A stretch of DNA of 64,000 bases from Thermoanaerobaculia bacterium (GTDB lineage Bacteria > Acidobacteriota > Thermoanaerobaculia > Multivoradales > UBA5704). A program made the translations under genes and the position numbers. The notes under the pieces are model-generated. The model was not told the DNA's origin and made no database searches. It saw nothing but the letters and a program-made list of their open reading frames with translations. The stretch is taken from positions 14,305 through 78,304 of the forward strand of contig DASWME010000127.1 of assembly GCA_036399915.1 (NCBI GenBank), read 5' to 3'. Below, in pieces: positions 18,913 to 28,413 of this stretch (the first letter of the stretch is position 1; each line of letters begins with the position of its first letter).

Positions 18913-19961
18913 AGAAAAAGCTCGCCCTCTCCGCCGCCTCGGTCCTGCTCACCCTGCTCTTCGCCGAGGCCGCGCTGCGCCTTCTGGGGATCGGGGCCGC
19001 CGGCCGCGGCTCCGCCTGGTTCGCGGGCGGCAACCATCCGCGCTTCCTCTTCCAGCCGGACCCGGAGAGCGGCTACACGCTGCGGCCCGGGTTCCGCGGG
19101 CGGGAGATCGCTCCGGGTGGCGAATTCGACGTGCTCGCCGCCATCGACGCCCGGGGATTGCGCGGCCATCTCCATACGGCGCCGCCCGAGCCATGCGTGC
19201 TCGCTGTGGGCGACTCGATGACCTTCGGCGAGGGGGTGCCGGCGGACCGCTCCTACGCCGCCTGGCTGGAGCGGACGGCGGGCGTGCGGGTCTACAACGC
19301 CGGCGTGCCCGGCTACGGCAGCCGGCAGATGCTCGTCCGCCTGCGCCGGCTCCTCCCCGCGCTGCGGCCGGCCGTGGTGGTGATGACCCTCTCGCCGCTC
19401 TGGGACCGCCAGCGCTGCACCGCCCCCTTCATCTACAAGGACGGCTACATCGTGGCCCAGGGCTACGCCGACCGCCTCGTCCTGCTGGGCGGCAACCTCT
19501 ACTTGAAGGAGACCCGCCTGCCCGTGCTCGGCTCCGCCACCGCTTACGCCAAGCGCTCCTCGGCCCTGATGCGCCTCGCGATCCCGGCCCTGGCCGGCGC
19601 CGCACGGGCCGTCCTCCACCGCTCCAGGCAAGAGGACACGGCGCTCGCGGACCTGGAGCCCACGGCCCGCAACCTCGCCGCGGCCCAGCACCTCGCCGAG
19701 AGCTTCGGAGCGAGCTTCCTCGCCGTGCTCGTCGACGACCGGGGAGAGGAATTCCAGCACGACCGCGCCCTCCTGGAGGCGTGGCTCCGGCAGCTCGGAG
19801 TCCCCTATGCGACCGCCGACGAGCTCCTCCCCCGCGCCGACTGGCCGCGCCTCCGCTTCGCCCGCGACGGCCACTGGAACGCCGCCGGCCACAAGGCGGT
19901 GGGCAAGGCGCTGGCGCCGCGGGTGAGGGCGCTGCTCTGGCCCCCAGGCGCGCGCCGGTGA
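18909..19961 (+). CDS. SGNH/GDSL hydrolase family protein with an N-terminal signal/anchor.
   Basis: Start MKKKLALSAASVLLTLLFAEAAL. GDS motif AVGDSMTFGEG. Catalytic DxxH motif DGHWNAAGH. ATGA overlap with the upstream gene. Confidence 0.7.
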   Translation: MKKKLALSAASVLLTLLFAEAALRLLGIGAAGRGSAWFAGGNHPRFLFQPDPESGYTLRPGFRGREIAPGGEFDVLAAIDARGLRGHLHTAPPEPCVLAVGDSMTFGEGVPADRSYAAWLERTAGVRVYNAGVPGYGSRQMLVRLRRLLPALRPAVVVMTLSPLWDRQRCTAPFIYKDGYIVAQGYADRLVLLGGNLYLKETRLPVLGSATAYAKRSSALMRLAIPALAGAARAVLHRSRQEDTALADLEPTARNLAAAQHLAESFGASFLAVLVDDRGEEFQHDRALLEAWLRQLGVPYATADELLPRADWPRLRFARDGHWNAAGHKAVGKALAPRVRALLWPPGARR

Positions 19962-21604
19962 TGATGGGGGCTCGCCTGGGCTCCGGCCTCGCCAGGCCCT
20001 GGAGCTGGAAGATGGCGGTGGTTGTAGGCGCCCTCGCCTTGCTCGTCCGGGTGCCCAACCTCGGCCAGTTTTCGATGTGGCTCGACGAGGTCCTGGAAAC
20101 GCTCATGGTGCGCGGGTCCTTCGCGGCTTCTCTGGCGGCGCTCGCCAGGGACGCCGTGCATCCGCCCCTCGAAGGGGTCCTCTCGTGGGTCCTCGTTCAT
20201 GCGGGCGCGACCGAGACGCTGCGGCGCTTCGCCAGCGTGGGCTTCGGCATCGGCACGGTCCTCGTGCTCTGTCGCTGGGTCGGCGGGCGCTTCGGCGCTC
20301 CTGAGGCCTGGGTCGCCGGTGTGCTGGCGGCGCTGTCTCCGGTCCATGTCCACTACTCCCAAGAGCTGCGCCCGTACTCCATGGGACTGTTCTTCCTGGT
20401 CCTGGCCTTGTGGCGCTTTGACGTGCTCCTCGCGAAGCCCACATACCGCAACGCGAGCCTTCTCTGGCTGGTCTGCCTGGGGTGCCTCTACAGCCTTTAT
20501 CTCAGCGCCGGGATTCTGCTGGTCCTGGCAGGCGCTGCGATCCTGGCGTCTCTGGCGCGTGACCCGGCCCGGCGTCTCGTGGGCCGTCGGCTGGTCGCCG
20601 GCCTGCCCGGGTTCACGGCGGCGCTCATGGCCGCGTACTCGCCATGGATCGTCGCGGTGTGGTGCCTCGCGAACCAGAAGATTGCGGCCGGGCCTTCCTC
20701 CTGGTCTCTACGGTTCTGGGGAGCGCGCTGGCAGTTCCTTACCGTCGCCGGCAAAGAGGGGGAGGCTCTGCGCATCGGAGCGGAACTGTGGCTCGTCCTA
20801 TGTCTCGTCGGCGCGGTGCTCGCCGTGAGCAGGCCAGCAGCTCGCCTCGTGGTGGCGGGTGCACTGGTGGGAACGCTCGGGATGGAGATCGGCCTGGTCG
20901 TCGCAGGCCACTGGAGCAACGGGCGATACGACCTCACGGGCTGGCCCTTTCTCATCACCCTGGCGGCGCTGGGGATCACGGCCCCGGCAGCGGGACTGGC
21001 GCCGCGCCCTCCACAGCGCCGGGTGCCCCGCCATCGCCTGGCCGTCTCAATCCTTCTGACGGTCGTGGCGGCAGCGGCGGAGGTGCAGGGTCTCGCGCGG
21101 TACTACCGCTCCGGCAGGCCTCATTGGGACCGGGTTGCAGAGTTCGTCCAGAGCCGGCGTCGTGATTACGCCGCCGTCTTCGCGTCCAACGAATGGACCC
21201 GGGCGTGCCTCGACTACTACCTCGACGAGCGGTGGCCGCGCGGTCTGGCAGAGGAGCGGATCGAGCCGGTGAGTCTGAACGGCTCTCCCGCGCGGTTGCG
21301 AGAAGCGGCACGGAAGGGAACTGCCAGCCTTGTGGTCGTCGGCGGCTACCCGCGGTCGAGAGCGCTCCAGGCCGAGCTGCGCAAGCATCCCAGGATCGCA
21401 AGGTTCGGCTCTACGGGAGTCAGAGTGTTCGCCGTCCTCCCGGCATCCCAGCAAGCTCCCCTCAGCCGAGGTTATGGAAGACCTTCTGCACGTCCTCGTC
21501 CTGCTCGAGCCGGTCGACCAGGCGCAGCACCTCGGTGGCCTGGTTCTCGGGCAGCTCGACCGGCGTCAGGGGGAGGTACTCCGACTCGGCGGAGAGGGGC
21601 GTGA
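19961..21604 (+). CDS. Second GT-C fold membrane glycosyltransferase (PMT_2/ArnT-like paralogue). The 3' end is uncertain.
   Basis: Start MMGARLGS overlaps the SGNH stop. The protein is polytopic. The last approximately 60 aa are R/P/A-rich and overlap the convergent yebC gene by about 143 nt. Confidence 0.65.
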   Translation: MMGARLGSGLARPWSWKMAVVVGALALLVRVPNLGQFSMWLDEVLETLMVRGSFAASLAALARDAVHPPLEGVLSWVLVHAGATETLRRFASVGFGIGTVLVLCRWVGGRFGAPEAWVAGVLAALSPVHVHYSQELRPYSMGLFFLVLALWRFDVLLAKPTYRNASLLWLVCLGCLYSLYLSAGILLVLAGAAILASLARDPARRLVGRRLVAGLPGFTAALMAAYSPWIVAVWCLANQKIAAGPSSWSLRFWGARWQFLTVAGKEGEALRIGAELWLVLCLVGAVLAVSRPAARLVVAGALVGTLGMEIGLVVAGHWSNGRYDLTGWPFLITLAALGITAPAAGLAPRPPQRRVPRHRLAVSILLTVVAAAAEVQGLARYYRSGRPHWDRVAEFVQSRRRDYAAVFASNEWTRACLDYYLDERWPRGLAEERIEPVSLNGSPARLREAARKGTASLVVVGGYPRSRALQAELRKHPRIARFGSTGVRVFAVLPASQQAPLSRGYGRPSARPRPARAGRPGAAPRWPGSRAARPASGGGTPTRRRGA

Positions 21605-22184
21605 TGCCGCGGTCTTCGAGCGCCTTCTGCAACTGGCCGAAGTCGGCGAAGGCGCAGCGCACCAGGAGCTGCGGCTCGCCCTTCTCGCCGGTGCTCTCGC
21701 CCATCTCCTCGAGCCCGTGGTCGATCAGCTCGAGCTCGAGCTCGTCGGGCTCGATGCCCGCCGGATTCAGGCGGAAGACGCCCACCCGCTTGAACAGGAA
21801 GCCGACGCTGCCGGGGCCCCCGAGGTTGCCGCCGCCCTTGTTGAAGTGGGAGCGCAAGTTCGAGACGGTGCGCGTCGGGTTGTCGGTCGCGGTCTCGATC
21901 AGGACGGCGACGCCGTGCGGGGCGTAGCCCTCGTAGAGGATCTCCTCGAAGCTCTCCGCCTCCTTGCCCGAGGCGCGCCGGATCGCCGCCTCGACCTTGT
22001 CCTTCGGCATGTTGACGGCGCGCGCGTTCTGCACGACCCGCCGCAACTGCGGATTGTTCGCGGGATCGGGCCCGCCCGACTTGACGGCGATGGTGATCTC
22101 CTTGCCGATCCGGGCGAACTGCTTGGCCATCCGGTCCCAGCGGGCGAACATCGTGTGCTTTCTGGTCTCGAAGATGCGTCCCAT
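21462..22184 (-). CDS. yebC: YebC/PmpR family DNA-binding transcriptional regulator.
   Basis: Start [70 protein letters not shown] aligns with YebC N-termini. Confidence 0.85.
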   Translation of the reverse strand: MGRIFETRKHTMFARWDRMAKQFARIGKEITIAVKSGGPDPANNPQLRRVVQNARAVNMPKDKVEAAIRRASGKEAESFEEILYEGYAPHGVAVLIETATDNPTRTVSNLRSHFNKGGGNLGGPGSVGFLFKRVGVFRLNPAGIEPDELELELIDHGLEEMGESTGEKGEPQLLVRCAFADFGQLQKALEDRGITPLSAESEYLPLTPVELPENQATEVLRLVDRLEQDEDVQKVFHNLG

Positions 22185-22312
22185 GGGGGTGAATCTAGCC
22201 CGTCCCTGGAGGTCAAGTAAAGGGACGTCTGGCGAGGGCGCCCAGGCCGGCACGGGTCCTGCAAGTTTCCTGGTCGAGAGGGGGGAACGGACCCCAACAG
22301 GAGGATACGACG

Positions 22313-23032
22313 ATGAGAACGATCCGATGGACCCTCTTCCTGACCGCGCTCGCCGCCGCCGCCATCCTCGCCGGCTGCGGCTCGACCGGCCTCGACGACG
22401 TGCTCGGCGGCGGCCGCGGTTCCGACAACACCACCTACAAGAGCGTGGGCGACGTGCAGGGCACCGTGGCGCGCGTGGACACCCTCGACCGGCGCATCGT
22501 CGTGGATCTTGAGGGCACCGGCTATCGCAGCAACCTGCGCAACGGCGACGACGACCAGGTCTCCCTCTACTACGACGACAGCACGCGGGTGGAGTTCCAG
22601 GGCCGCAACTACCGGCCGCAGGACCTCGAGCGGGGCGACCGCATCCGCGCCGACGTGGAGCGCTCGGGCGACCGCCTGCTCGCCGAAGAGATCGAGGTGC
22701 TCTACGACGTGAGCGGCGGCACCGGCACCACTCGGGACGACGACTATCTCGGCACCTCCGAGCTGCGGGGGACCGTCCGCTACGTCGACACCCGCGACCG
22801 CACCCTGGAGATCGAGCCCTCGCGGAACGACTCCCGCTACTCGACCGGCCGCTCCGGCGTGGTCGTGGTGCACTACGACACCAGCACCACGGTCGAGTAC
22901 CAGGGGCGCCGCTACCAGCCCGAGAACCTGGAGCGGGGGGACGTGGTGGAGATCGAGCTGCGCGACCGCGGCGGGCAACTGACGGCCGAAGAGATCCTGG
23001 TGGTCGGCGAGGGCGGCTCGATCACCCGCTGA
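22313..23032 (+). CDS. Lipoprotein with an internal tandem duplication (two approximately 90-aa repeats).
   Basis: Lipobox LAGC. The two repeats read [19 protein letters not shown]...[31 protein letters not shown] and [17 protein letters not shown]...[31 protein letters not shown]. Confidence 0.7.
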   Translation: MRTIRWTLFLTALAAAAILAGCGSTGLDDVLGGGRGSDNTTYKSVGDVQGTVARVDTLDRRIVVDLEGTGYRSNLRNGDDDQVSLYYDDSTRVEFQGRNYRPQDLERGDRIRADVERSGDRLLAEEIEVLYDVSGGTGTTRDDDYLGTSELRGTVRYVDTRDRTLEIEPSRNDSRYSTGRSGVVVVHYDTSTTVEYQGRRYQPENLERGDVVEIELRDRGGQLTAEEILVVGEGGSITR

Positions 23033-23072
23033 AGCCGTCCGCAGCGCCTCCCTCTTTCCGCCATGACGGCCC

Positions 23073-23100
23073 GCCCGGCCGGGGACAACCCCGGCCGGGC
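23073..23100. terminator. Bidirectional rho-independent terminator hairpin between convergent genes.
   Basis: Perfect 12-bp stem GCCCGGCCGGGG-ACAA-CCCCGGCCGGGC. Confidence 0.6.
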
Positions 23101-23123
23101 GACTCGCCTGCGCCCCAGCCCTC

Positions 23124-23996
23124 TCAATAGGGCGGGAACTGCTGATCCTTGGCCACCGGGACGCAGAGCTTCTCGGTGTCCGTGACGTAGACGTACTCCG
23201 GGGGCAACCCCATCTCGCGCAGCACGGGATTGAGGTGATCCAGCCGCAGGTTCGCGTTGAGCGGCTGGCCTCTCAGCCGGTAGCAGAGGACGTCTGAGTA
23301 CTGGATGTGGCGCAGGACCTCATCCGGAGGGTACTTCTTGTTCTTCGCCACGGGAACGCACAACTGCAGGGGCGATGCCCCCTCGATGAAAGCGGCCTCC
23401 GGGGGCAGATGGCTGAAGAGCGGATTGAGGTGGGTCAGCCGGATGGGCCCGCGGTCGACCCGGTAGCACTTGACGTCCAGCCACTCGATGAGCCTCAGGA
23501 TCTCCGGAGGCGGGATCTTCTGGTCCTTGGCCACCGGGACGCAGAGTTGCTGCGGCTCGCGGACGATGACCTGCTCGACCGGGCCGATCATCCTCACGAT
23601 CTCGCGGTTGAGGTGGTCCAGGCGCAACGGCAGATCGAGCGAAGGGCCGTAGATGCCGTAGCACTTCCAGTCCACGAACTCGATGAACGGCAGGACGTCC
23701 GGAGGAACGATCTGGGCGTTCTTCTGCACCGGAACGCAGAGCTGCTGGGGCTCCCGGAGAACGACGTCCTCGTAGGGCAGCCCCTTCGCCACGAAGACCG
23801 GATTGAGGTGATCCAGCCGTAACGGCACGTTGATCGGTGGCTGGTTGGGGATCCTGTAGCAGCGGACGTCGAGATTCTCGACGAAGCTCCGCACCGGCGG
23901 CAGCGGCTGTCCCATGGCCGCTGCCGGGACCATCATGAGAGTCAAGAGGAGAAAGCTCCCCAGAGTCGCCTGGCTGACCAACCGTCTCATATCCAC
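23124..23996 (-). CDS. Secreted protein made of four tandem approximately 62-aa repeats, each with two conserved Cys. Family unknown.
   Basis: Signal peptide, then four units of the form (V/W)(R/K)CY...L(R/P)L(D/T)HLN...(Q/K)LCVPV(A/Q)K(D/N)..PP(D/E)(V/I)L..I(E/Q). Local GC is lower than the flanking sequence. Confidence 0.7.
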   Translation of the reverse strand: MDMRRLVSQATLGSFLLLTLMMVPAAAMGQPLPPVRSFVENLDVRCYRIPNQPPINVPLRLDHLNPVFVAKGLPYEDVVLREPQQLCVPVQKNAQIVPPDVLPFIEFVDWKCYGIYGPSLDLPLRLDHLNREIVRMIGPVEQVIVREPQQLCVPVAKDQKIPPPEILRLIEWLDVKCYRVDRGPIRLTHLNPLFSHLPPEAAFIEGASPLQLCVPVAKNKKYPPDEVLRHIQYSDVLCYRLRGQPLNANLRLDHLNPVLREMGLPPEYVYVTDTEKLCVPVAKDQQFPPY

Positions 23997-24274
23997 CTCC
24001 TTGCTGTGGAAAACGTCGGTTTTCTTGCTCTAGGGGATCCCCAGCCTTATTGCGCGCATCTACTAATATACTGTGTGCGTGATGCGCTTTCCGGGACAGC
24101 GAGGCTCCGCGTCCGCGGCGGCTTCCCCCGCTCTTTCGATGGGGTGCTGTCCGGCCTCTCCCTGAGCTCTCTCAGCCGACGATCGCCGTCATGGGAGAAC
24201 GGGGGGACGCAGCCTCGGGTAACGAAAAGGGCCATTGCCTCGCCCAAAGGTAAGGAATCAGGAGGGACAGCGCT

Positions 24275-25744
24275 ATGCGCTATCTCCAGGACGAGTTCAT
24301 CAGGTATCCGCGCCGCGGCTCTCGGACACTGTACGACCCTTGGGATCCTCTCTCCGGCGAGGCAGCCTTCGAGGTCGAGCCGGAGGTGGCCAGCCGTCCA
24401 ATTCCCGGCCGTTTCTACGCCATCCAGTTCGGCCAGGGAGGCCTGCTGAAGACAGCCGAGCGGGCCTACCAGACGACCAGCAACGCCGAGCGCCTGCAGC
24501 GCGCCCGGGAGATCAACAGCCATCCTCTGAACCGCCGATTCTGGCGGCCACCCGGCAACGACTTCGAGGGCAGGTACTTCCCCGAAGGGATTATCTCGTT
24601 CAACAAGGTCTTCACTTGCGGACCGGACCAGGGATTGGCCCGCGGCAACGAGAGGAGATGCTACGCCACGATCTGGATACCGCCAGAGGCGGCCATCGCC
24701 CACCGTAGCCTCGGCAGGGGAGCGTCTCTCCCGGCCACCGACTTGTCGCTCATGGCCACCTCGGATGATTGGTGTTCCGACCAGCTCCGGGACCGGTGTG
24801 GCATCTTCGGCGAGGACACCAGGGCTCAAGTCCCCGATACGACCCAGGCACCCTACCGGTGGATATGTCATCTCTCTTCCGTTTTCGAGGATGAGATGAG
24901 TCCCGGCTTCGTCATCTTTCGTCCAGCGACCGGCCTACTGATCAGCGATTGGCATGTCGTGACGGCAGCACATGTCCTCTACGATCATATTGAATATAAA
25001 TACATGGAGGAAGGGCAAACGCGGATGCGGGTGTATGAACAACAGGCCATCGCAGTGATCATCACTCCCGGCCGGCAGGGAACTCCCGGTGAGGTGAGCG
25101 AGCCGTTGGACGGCTCGGCTTTTCCTTTTGCAACGTTCATTCCGGATGACACCGACAGCGACGACTCGTCTGGTACCCCAGCCATCTTCAAGGTGCCGAC
25201 GGAGTGGATCAAATCGATTGGGCGTGCAGACCGCAGTCGGTACGACTATGGCCTGATAAAGATCTCCAAGGCAGATCGCTTTTCAACAGACCCTGCTCTG
25301 CCTCGGCCCAAGGGCTTTTGGGGAGCGTCTCACCCTGGCGGCGCGCTCCAGAGCGTCATCCCGGCACGGCTGGGCAAGCGGATCAACTTCTCGAGTTATG
25401 AGAACAAGGCCATCCATGTCGCCGGCTATCCGGAGGATAGATCCTGCACGCAGTGGGAGGCCGAAGGGCGGGCGCTTGAGGTCCTCTATCCCGGCAGGGA
25501 GAGGCACAACGTCTTGACGCATGACATGGATATTGTCGGCGGCATGAGCGGGAGTCCGGTCTGGCACAGGAGAGAGCTCATCGATCGGCGGGGCGTGCCG
25601 GTGACTCGCCTCGAGCTCCTTGGGCTTGTTTCCCACTGTGTTGAGGAAGAGACTGGCGATGGTGTCAAGATCGTCAACGAAGCTACCCTGATCACGCCGG
25701 GGGTGTGGAAGAGGCTCAGCGACTGGATGGCTCAGATGAAGTGA
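24275..25744 (+). CDS. Trypsin-fold (S1 family) serine protease with a 200-aa N-terminal domain of unknown function and no signal peptide.
   Basis: Catalytic motifs: His in WHVVTAAHV, Asp in RYDYGLIKI, Ser in GGMSGSPVW. An AGGAGGG ribosome-binding site lies 7 nt upstream. Lower GC. Confidence 0.8.
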   Translation: MRYLQDEFIRYPRRGSRTLYDPWDPLSGEAAFEVEPEVASRPIPGRFYAIQFGQGGLLKTAERAYQTTSNAERLQRAREINSHPLNRRFWRPPGNDFEGRYFPEGIISFNKVFTCGPDQGLARGNERRCYATIWIPPEAAIAHRSLGRGASLPATDLSLMATSDDWCSDQLRDRCGIFGEDTRAQVPDTTQAPYRWICHLSSVFEDEMSPGFVIFRPATGLLISDWHVVTAAHVLYDHIEYKYMEEGQTRMRVYEQQAIAVIITPGRQGTPGEVSEPLDGSAFPFATFIPDDTDSDDSSGTPAIFKVPTEWIKSIGRADRSRYDYGLIKISKADRFSTDPALPRPKGFWGASHPGGALQSVIPARLGKRINFSSYENKAIHVAGYPEDRSCTQWEAEGRALEVLYPGRERHNVLTHDMDIVGGMSGSPVWHRRELIDRRGVPVTRLELLGLVSHCVEEETGDGVKIVNEATLITPGVWKRLSDWMAQMK

Positions 25745-25782
25745 GAAGCCGGACCGCCTCGCTCCCTACGCGGGGCTTTCGA

Positions 25783-26601
25783 TCAAACCGTGGCGACCAT
25801 GAACAGGCGGCGGAACGGATAGAGCGTGCGGCCGTCGGCCCTGGCGGGATACGCTACATGCAGACGCCGTGCGTATTCCGCGAGGAAGATCTCCCGCTCC
25901 TCGCCGCCGAGACCGTTGAGGATCGGCCGCAACCCCGTCCCCTTCACCCATTCGAGCACGGGATCGTCGCCTTCCAGGACCTGCAGATACTCGGTTTCCC
26001 AGATGTCGAGGCTCCTGGTGGACCCCACGAGCAGGTCATAGTACACCTCGGCATCCGCGACCCAGTTGCGGGCCACCGCTTGCCGGAGCTCTTCGCCGCC
26101 GAGGGGCCCGCCGCCGGGACCGCCGTTTGCCAACGTCTCCCGCATGAGACGGTGCGAAGGGGCGTCCCAGCTCAACGGCATCTGCACCGCAAGGCCTCCT
26201 CCCGGCTGCAGAAATCCGACCAGACACGGGAAGAGCTCATGGTGCTCTTCCACCCAATGCAGCGTCGCGTTGGAGTACAGCAGATCGGGAGGCTCGGCGG
26301 GCTGCCAGTGGCGGACGTCCGCCTCGATCCAGTGGACCCGGCCGGGCTCGGCAGCCGCTCTGGCGAGCATCTCCCGGGAATTGTCGAGCCCGTAGACCGT
26401 TGCGGCAGGCCACCGCTCCGCAAGAAGGCGTGTCACCTCCCCCGCACCGCATCCGAGATCGTAGATCACCCTGGGGGATGCGAGAGGAATGCGGTCGAGC
26501 AGCTCGAGCGCGGGTCGCAGCCGGTGGTCCGAGAACTTGAGATACAGGTCCGGATCCCACCGGGTCCCGGCGATCCGCCCCTGGTGCGCATGCGCTGACA
26601 T
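25783..26601 (-). CDS. tam: Trans-aconitate 2-methyltransferase (class I SAM-dependent methyltransferase).
   Basis: N-terminus WDPDLYLKFSDHRLRPALELLDRIP and SAM motif VIYDLGCGAGEVT. 272 aa. Confidence 0.85.
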   Translation of the reverse strand: MSAHAHQGRIAGTRWDPDLYLKFSDHRLRPALELLDRIPLASPRVIYDLGCGAGEVTRLLAERWPAATVYGLDNSREMLARAAAEPGRVHWIEADVRHWQPAEPPDLLYSNATLHWVEEHHELFPCLVGFLQPGGGLAVQMPLSWDAPSHRLMRETLANGGPGGGPLGGEELRQAVARNWVADAEVYYDLLVGSTRSLDIWETEYLQVLEGDDPVLEWVKGTGLRPILNGLGGEEREIFLAEYARRLHVAYPARADGRTLYPFRRLFMVATV

Positions 26602-26735
26602 CGTTCACCCCTTGCTCTGGCGGCCAGCCTGGCGAATACCCTATGCCGCGCGAGCGGCACGATCAAGGTGCACCGATGCGGTTTCTCCTCTCCTCCTGAG
26701 AGTGCTACCATCTCCGCCAGCTTCGAGGAGCCATT

Positions 26736-27230
26736 ATGCCCAGGACTCGCACCGGCCAGACGGTCGGCGATTGGATGAAGCTGATTCAGGCGGACACCCC
26801 GGAGGCCGTGGCCGGCATTCCCCATCTGGAGCATGCGCGCGAGAAGCTCCGGGGGCATCTCGACGAGATCCAGAGGCTCCTCGCCGAGCGCGACTTCCAC
26901 GAGGCCCGCAAGCAGGAGGCGAGCCAGCGGATCCAGGAAATCCTGGAGGAGGGGCGCCGGGCGGCGACCGCCCTGCGGGTCGTGCTCCGGGAGCATCTCG
27001 GCCCCAGAAACGAGCAACTGGCCGCGGACGGAAACGCCGGCCGAAGCCGGAGTCCGGGGATTCCCCGGAAAGCCGGGATGGGAGCGAGCCGCAACGCTCC
27101 GGCGATCCCTCGGCCTAGCCGCCGTCCCGCTCTTTCACCTCTCCTCCCGAGGGAAAGCCGTCTTCCCTCCTTCCGACGGCCTGGCAATGGAGGGAAAGCC
27201 CTCTTCCCTCCTTATTCAGGACGTTTTTAG
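26736..27230 (+). CDS. Hypothetical protein. The first approximately 120 aa look coding, but the 3' end runs into the palindromic repeat array.
   Basis: A GAGGAG ribosome-binding site precedes ATG 26736. The N-terminal region is helical and charged. The last approximately 40 codons are encoded by the tandem repeats, so the real stop is uncertain. Confidence 0.35.
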   Translation: MPRTRTGQTVGDWMKLIQADTPEAVAGIPHLEHAREKLRGHLDEIQRLLAERDFHEARKQEASQRIQEILEEGRRAATALRVVLREHLGPRNEQLAADGNAGRSRSPGIPRKAGMGASRNAPAIPRPSRRPALSPLLPRESRLPSFRRPGNGGKALFPPYSGRF

Positions 27231-27580
27231 GAGGGAACGTCGCTTTCCCTCCTTCCGTCGGCTCGCCGGAAGAAGGGAAAGCCGTTTTCCCTCCGGAGAC
27301 AAGGTGACGGAAGGAGGGAACGTCGCTTTCCCTGGAACCAACGGCTCGTCGGAAGGAGGGAAAATCGTTTTCCCTCCAGATTCAGGCCGTCCTGAGGAGG
27401 GAAAATGACTTTCCCGCGATCGCCGGGCCGTCGGATGGAGGGAGCGTCGCTTTCCCTCCTTCCGATGAGCCGCCGCAAGGAGGGAAGATGGCTTTCCCCC
27501 GGGATACAGAGCGTCGGAAGGAGGGAAAGCGACGCTCCCTGCGGAGACGAGCCGTCCGAAGGAGAGGAGCGGCACCGTCG
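27140..27580. repeat. Tandem array of about ten imperfect palindromic units of roughly 44 bp each (core GGAGGGAAAG-N4-8-CTTTCCCTCC, flanked by TCGGAAGGA / TCCTTCCGA arms).
   Basis: Ten units are readable directly: gagggaaagccgtcttccctcc, gagggaaagccctcttccctcc, gagggaacgtcgctttccctcc, aagggaaagccgttttccctcc, gagggaacgtcgctttccctgg, gagggaaaatcgttttccctcc, gagggaaaatgactttcccgcg, gagggagcgtcgctttccctcc, gagggaagatggctttcccccg, gagggaaagcgacgctccctgc. The period of 43-44 bp is not a multiple of 3. Loop and spacer sequences vary. Confidence 0.85.
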
Positions 27581-27829
27581 GCGGCGATCGGGTAGACTCT
27601 CTGGGAAGAACCGTGGTGGCAGCATCTGAGAAAAGGGACAGCGTTCAGAAGAATCGTATCTCTGGACGCCGCCTGCCGGCCTACATCGAGTTGGCCAGTC
27701 CGGTCGAGCCGGCCTGGCTGGCCGCGTTGCGCCGGCAGAAGTGCCTGGCACCTGATGAATTTTCTTCTTTGATGCCACATGAGCGAGGGCCCTGTCGCGC
27801 CCAGGAACTGGACGCACGAGGAGGTCTCG

Positions 27830-28180
27830 ATGAGGAAGATCGGCTTTCTGTTGGCTCTCGCTCTCGCTTCATGGACCCGCCCGGCTGTCGCCGAGCCCAC
27901 CCCGCTGGTCGCATTCGACCACGGCGGTGATCTGGTCACCGTCTGGGAAGCCGGAAGCTCTCTCCTGGCCCGCTTCTTCGGCGCTGCGTTGCCGGACACC
28001 GGCTCTCCTCTCAGCTCCCGTCGGCCGCCGCAGACGGCAGGTCCCGTACCCTCGACCCGACGTCCGCTTCTCGGGACAGGGCACCGAGCGCCTGGCCTTC
28101 CCGATTTCGGGAGCGCCACGCCGGCCCGCCAGACCCGAAGGCGCCTCCAGTCTCCGACCCCTCCGCGGCAGCTTATCTGA
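27830..28180 (+). CDS. Possible small secreted protein (weak call).
   Basis: A GAGGAGG ribosome-binding site precedes ATG. MRKIGFLLALALASWTRPAVAEP is signal-peptide-like. The C-terminal half is low complexity. Confidence 0.25.
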   Translation: MRKIGFLLALALASWTRPAVAEPTPLVAFDHGGDLVTVWEAGSSLLARFFGAALPDTGSPLSSRRPPQTAGPVPSTRRPLLGTGHRAPGLPDFGSATPARQTRRRLQSPTPPRQLI

Positions 28181-28413
28181 TAACGCCGTTGAGACATCAG
28201 CTCCCGGCCTTTGCCGCACCCGAGGCAAGCCAACTTTCGGGAAAGCGGGGATTTGGGGACTCCACCCGGCCAGATCCGGCCGTTGCCTCACCGTCGCCTT
28301 TCTGGATCGGATGGGCCTCCAGCCCCGACCGCGAGACGCTCATCTCTCTCTGTCCTTGACGGCGCCAGGGAACCGCCATAAGATCCAGATGGCCAAGAAA
28401 ATGAACGACTTAG

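Noticed and set aside
27140-27580. The tandem palindromic array, considered as a possible CRISPR array.
   Set aside because: The repeated element is the palindromic stem with a variable loop, not a constant direct repeat separated by unique spacers. The period of about 44 bp and 23-bp stems with about 20-bp semi-conserved spacers do not fit CRISPR geometry. No cas genes are nearby.
26833-27817. ORFs 26833..27408(+), 27216..27575(-), 27227..27817(-) and 27382..28233(-) crossing the repeat array.
   Set aside because: They are open only because the repeats lack stop codons in all frames. The products are repetitive (EGGK.VFPP / GRRES.FPS) and the 44-bp period breaks any consistent frame.
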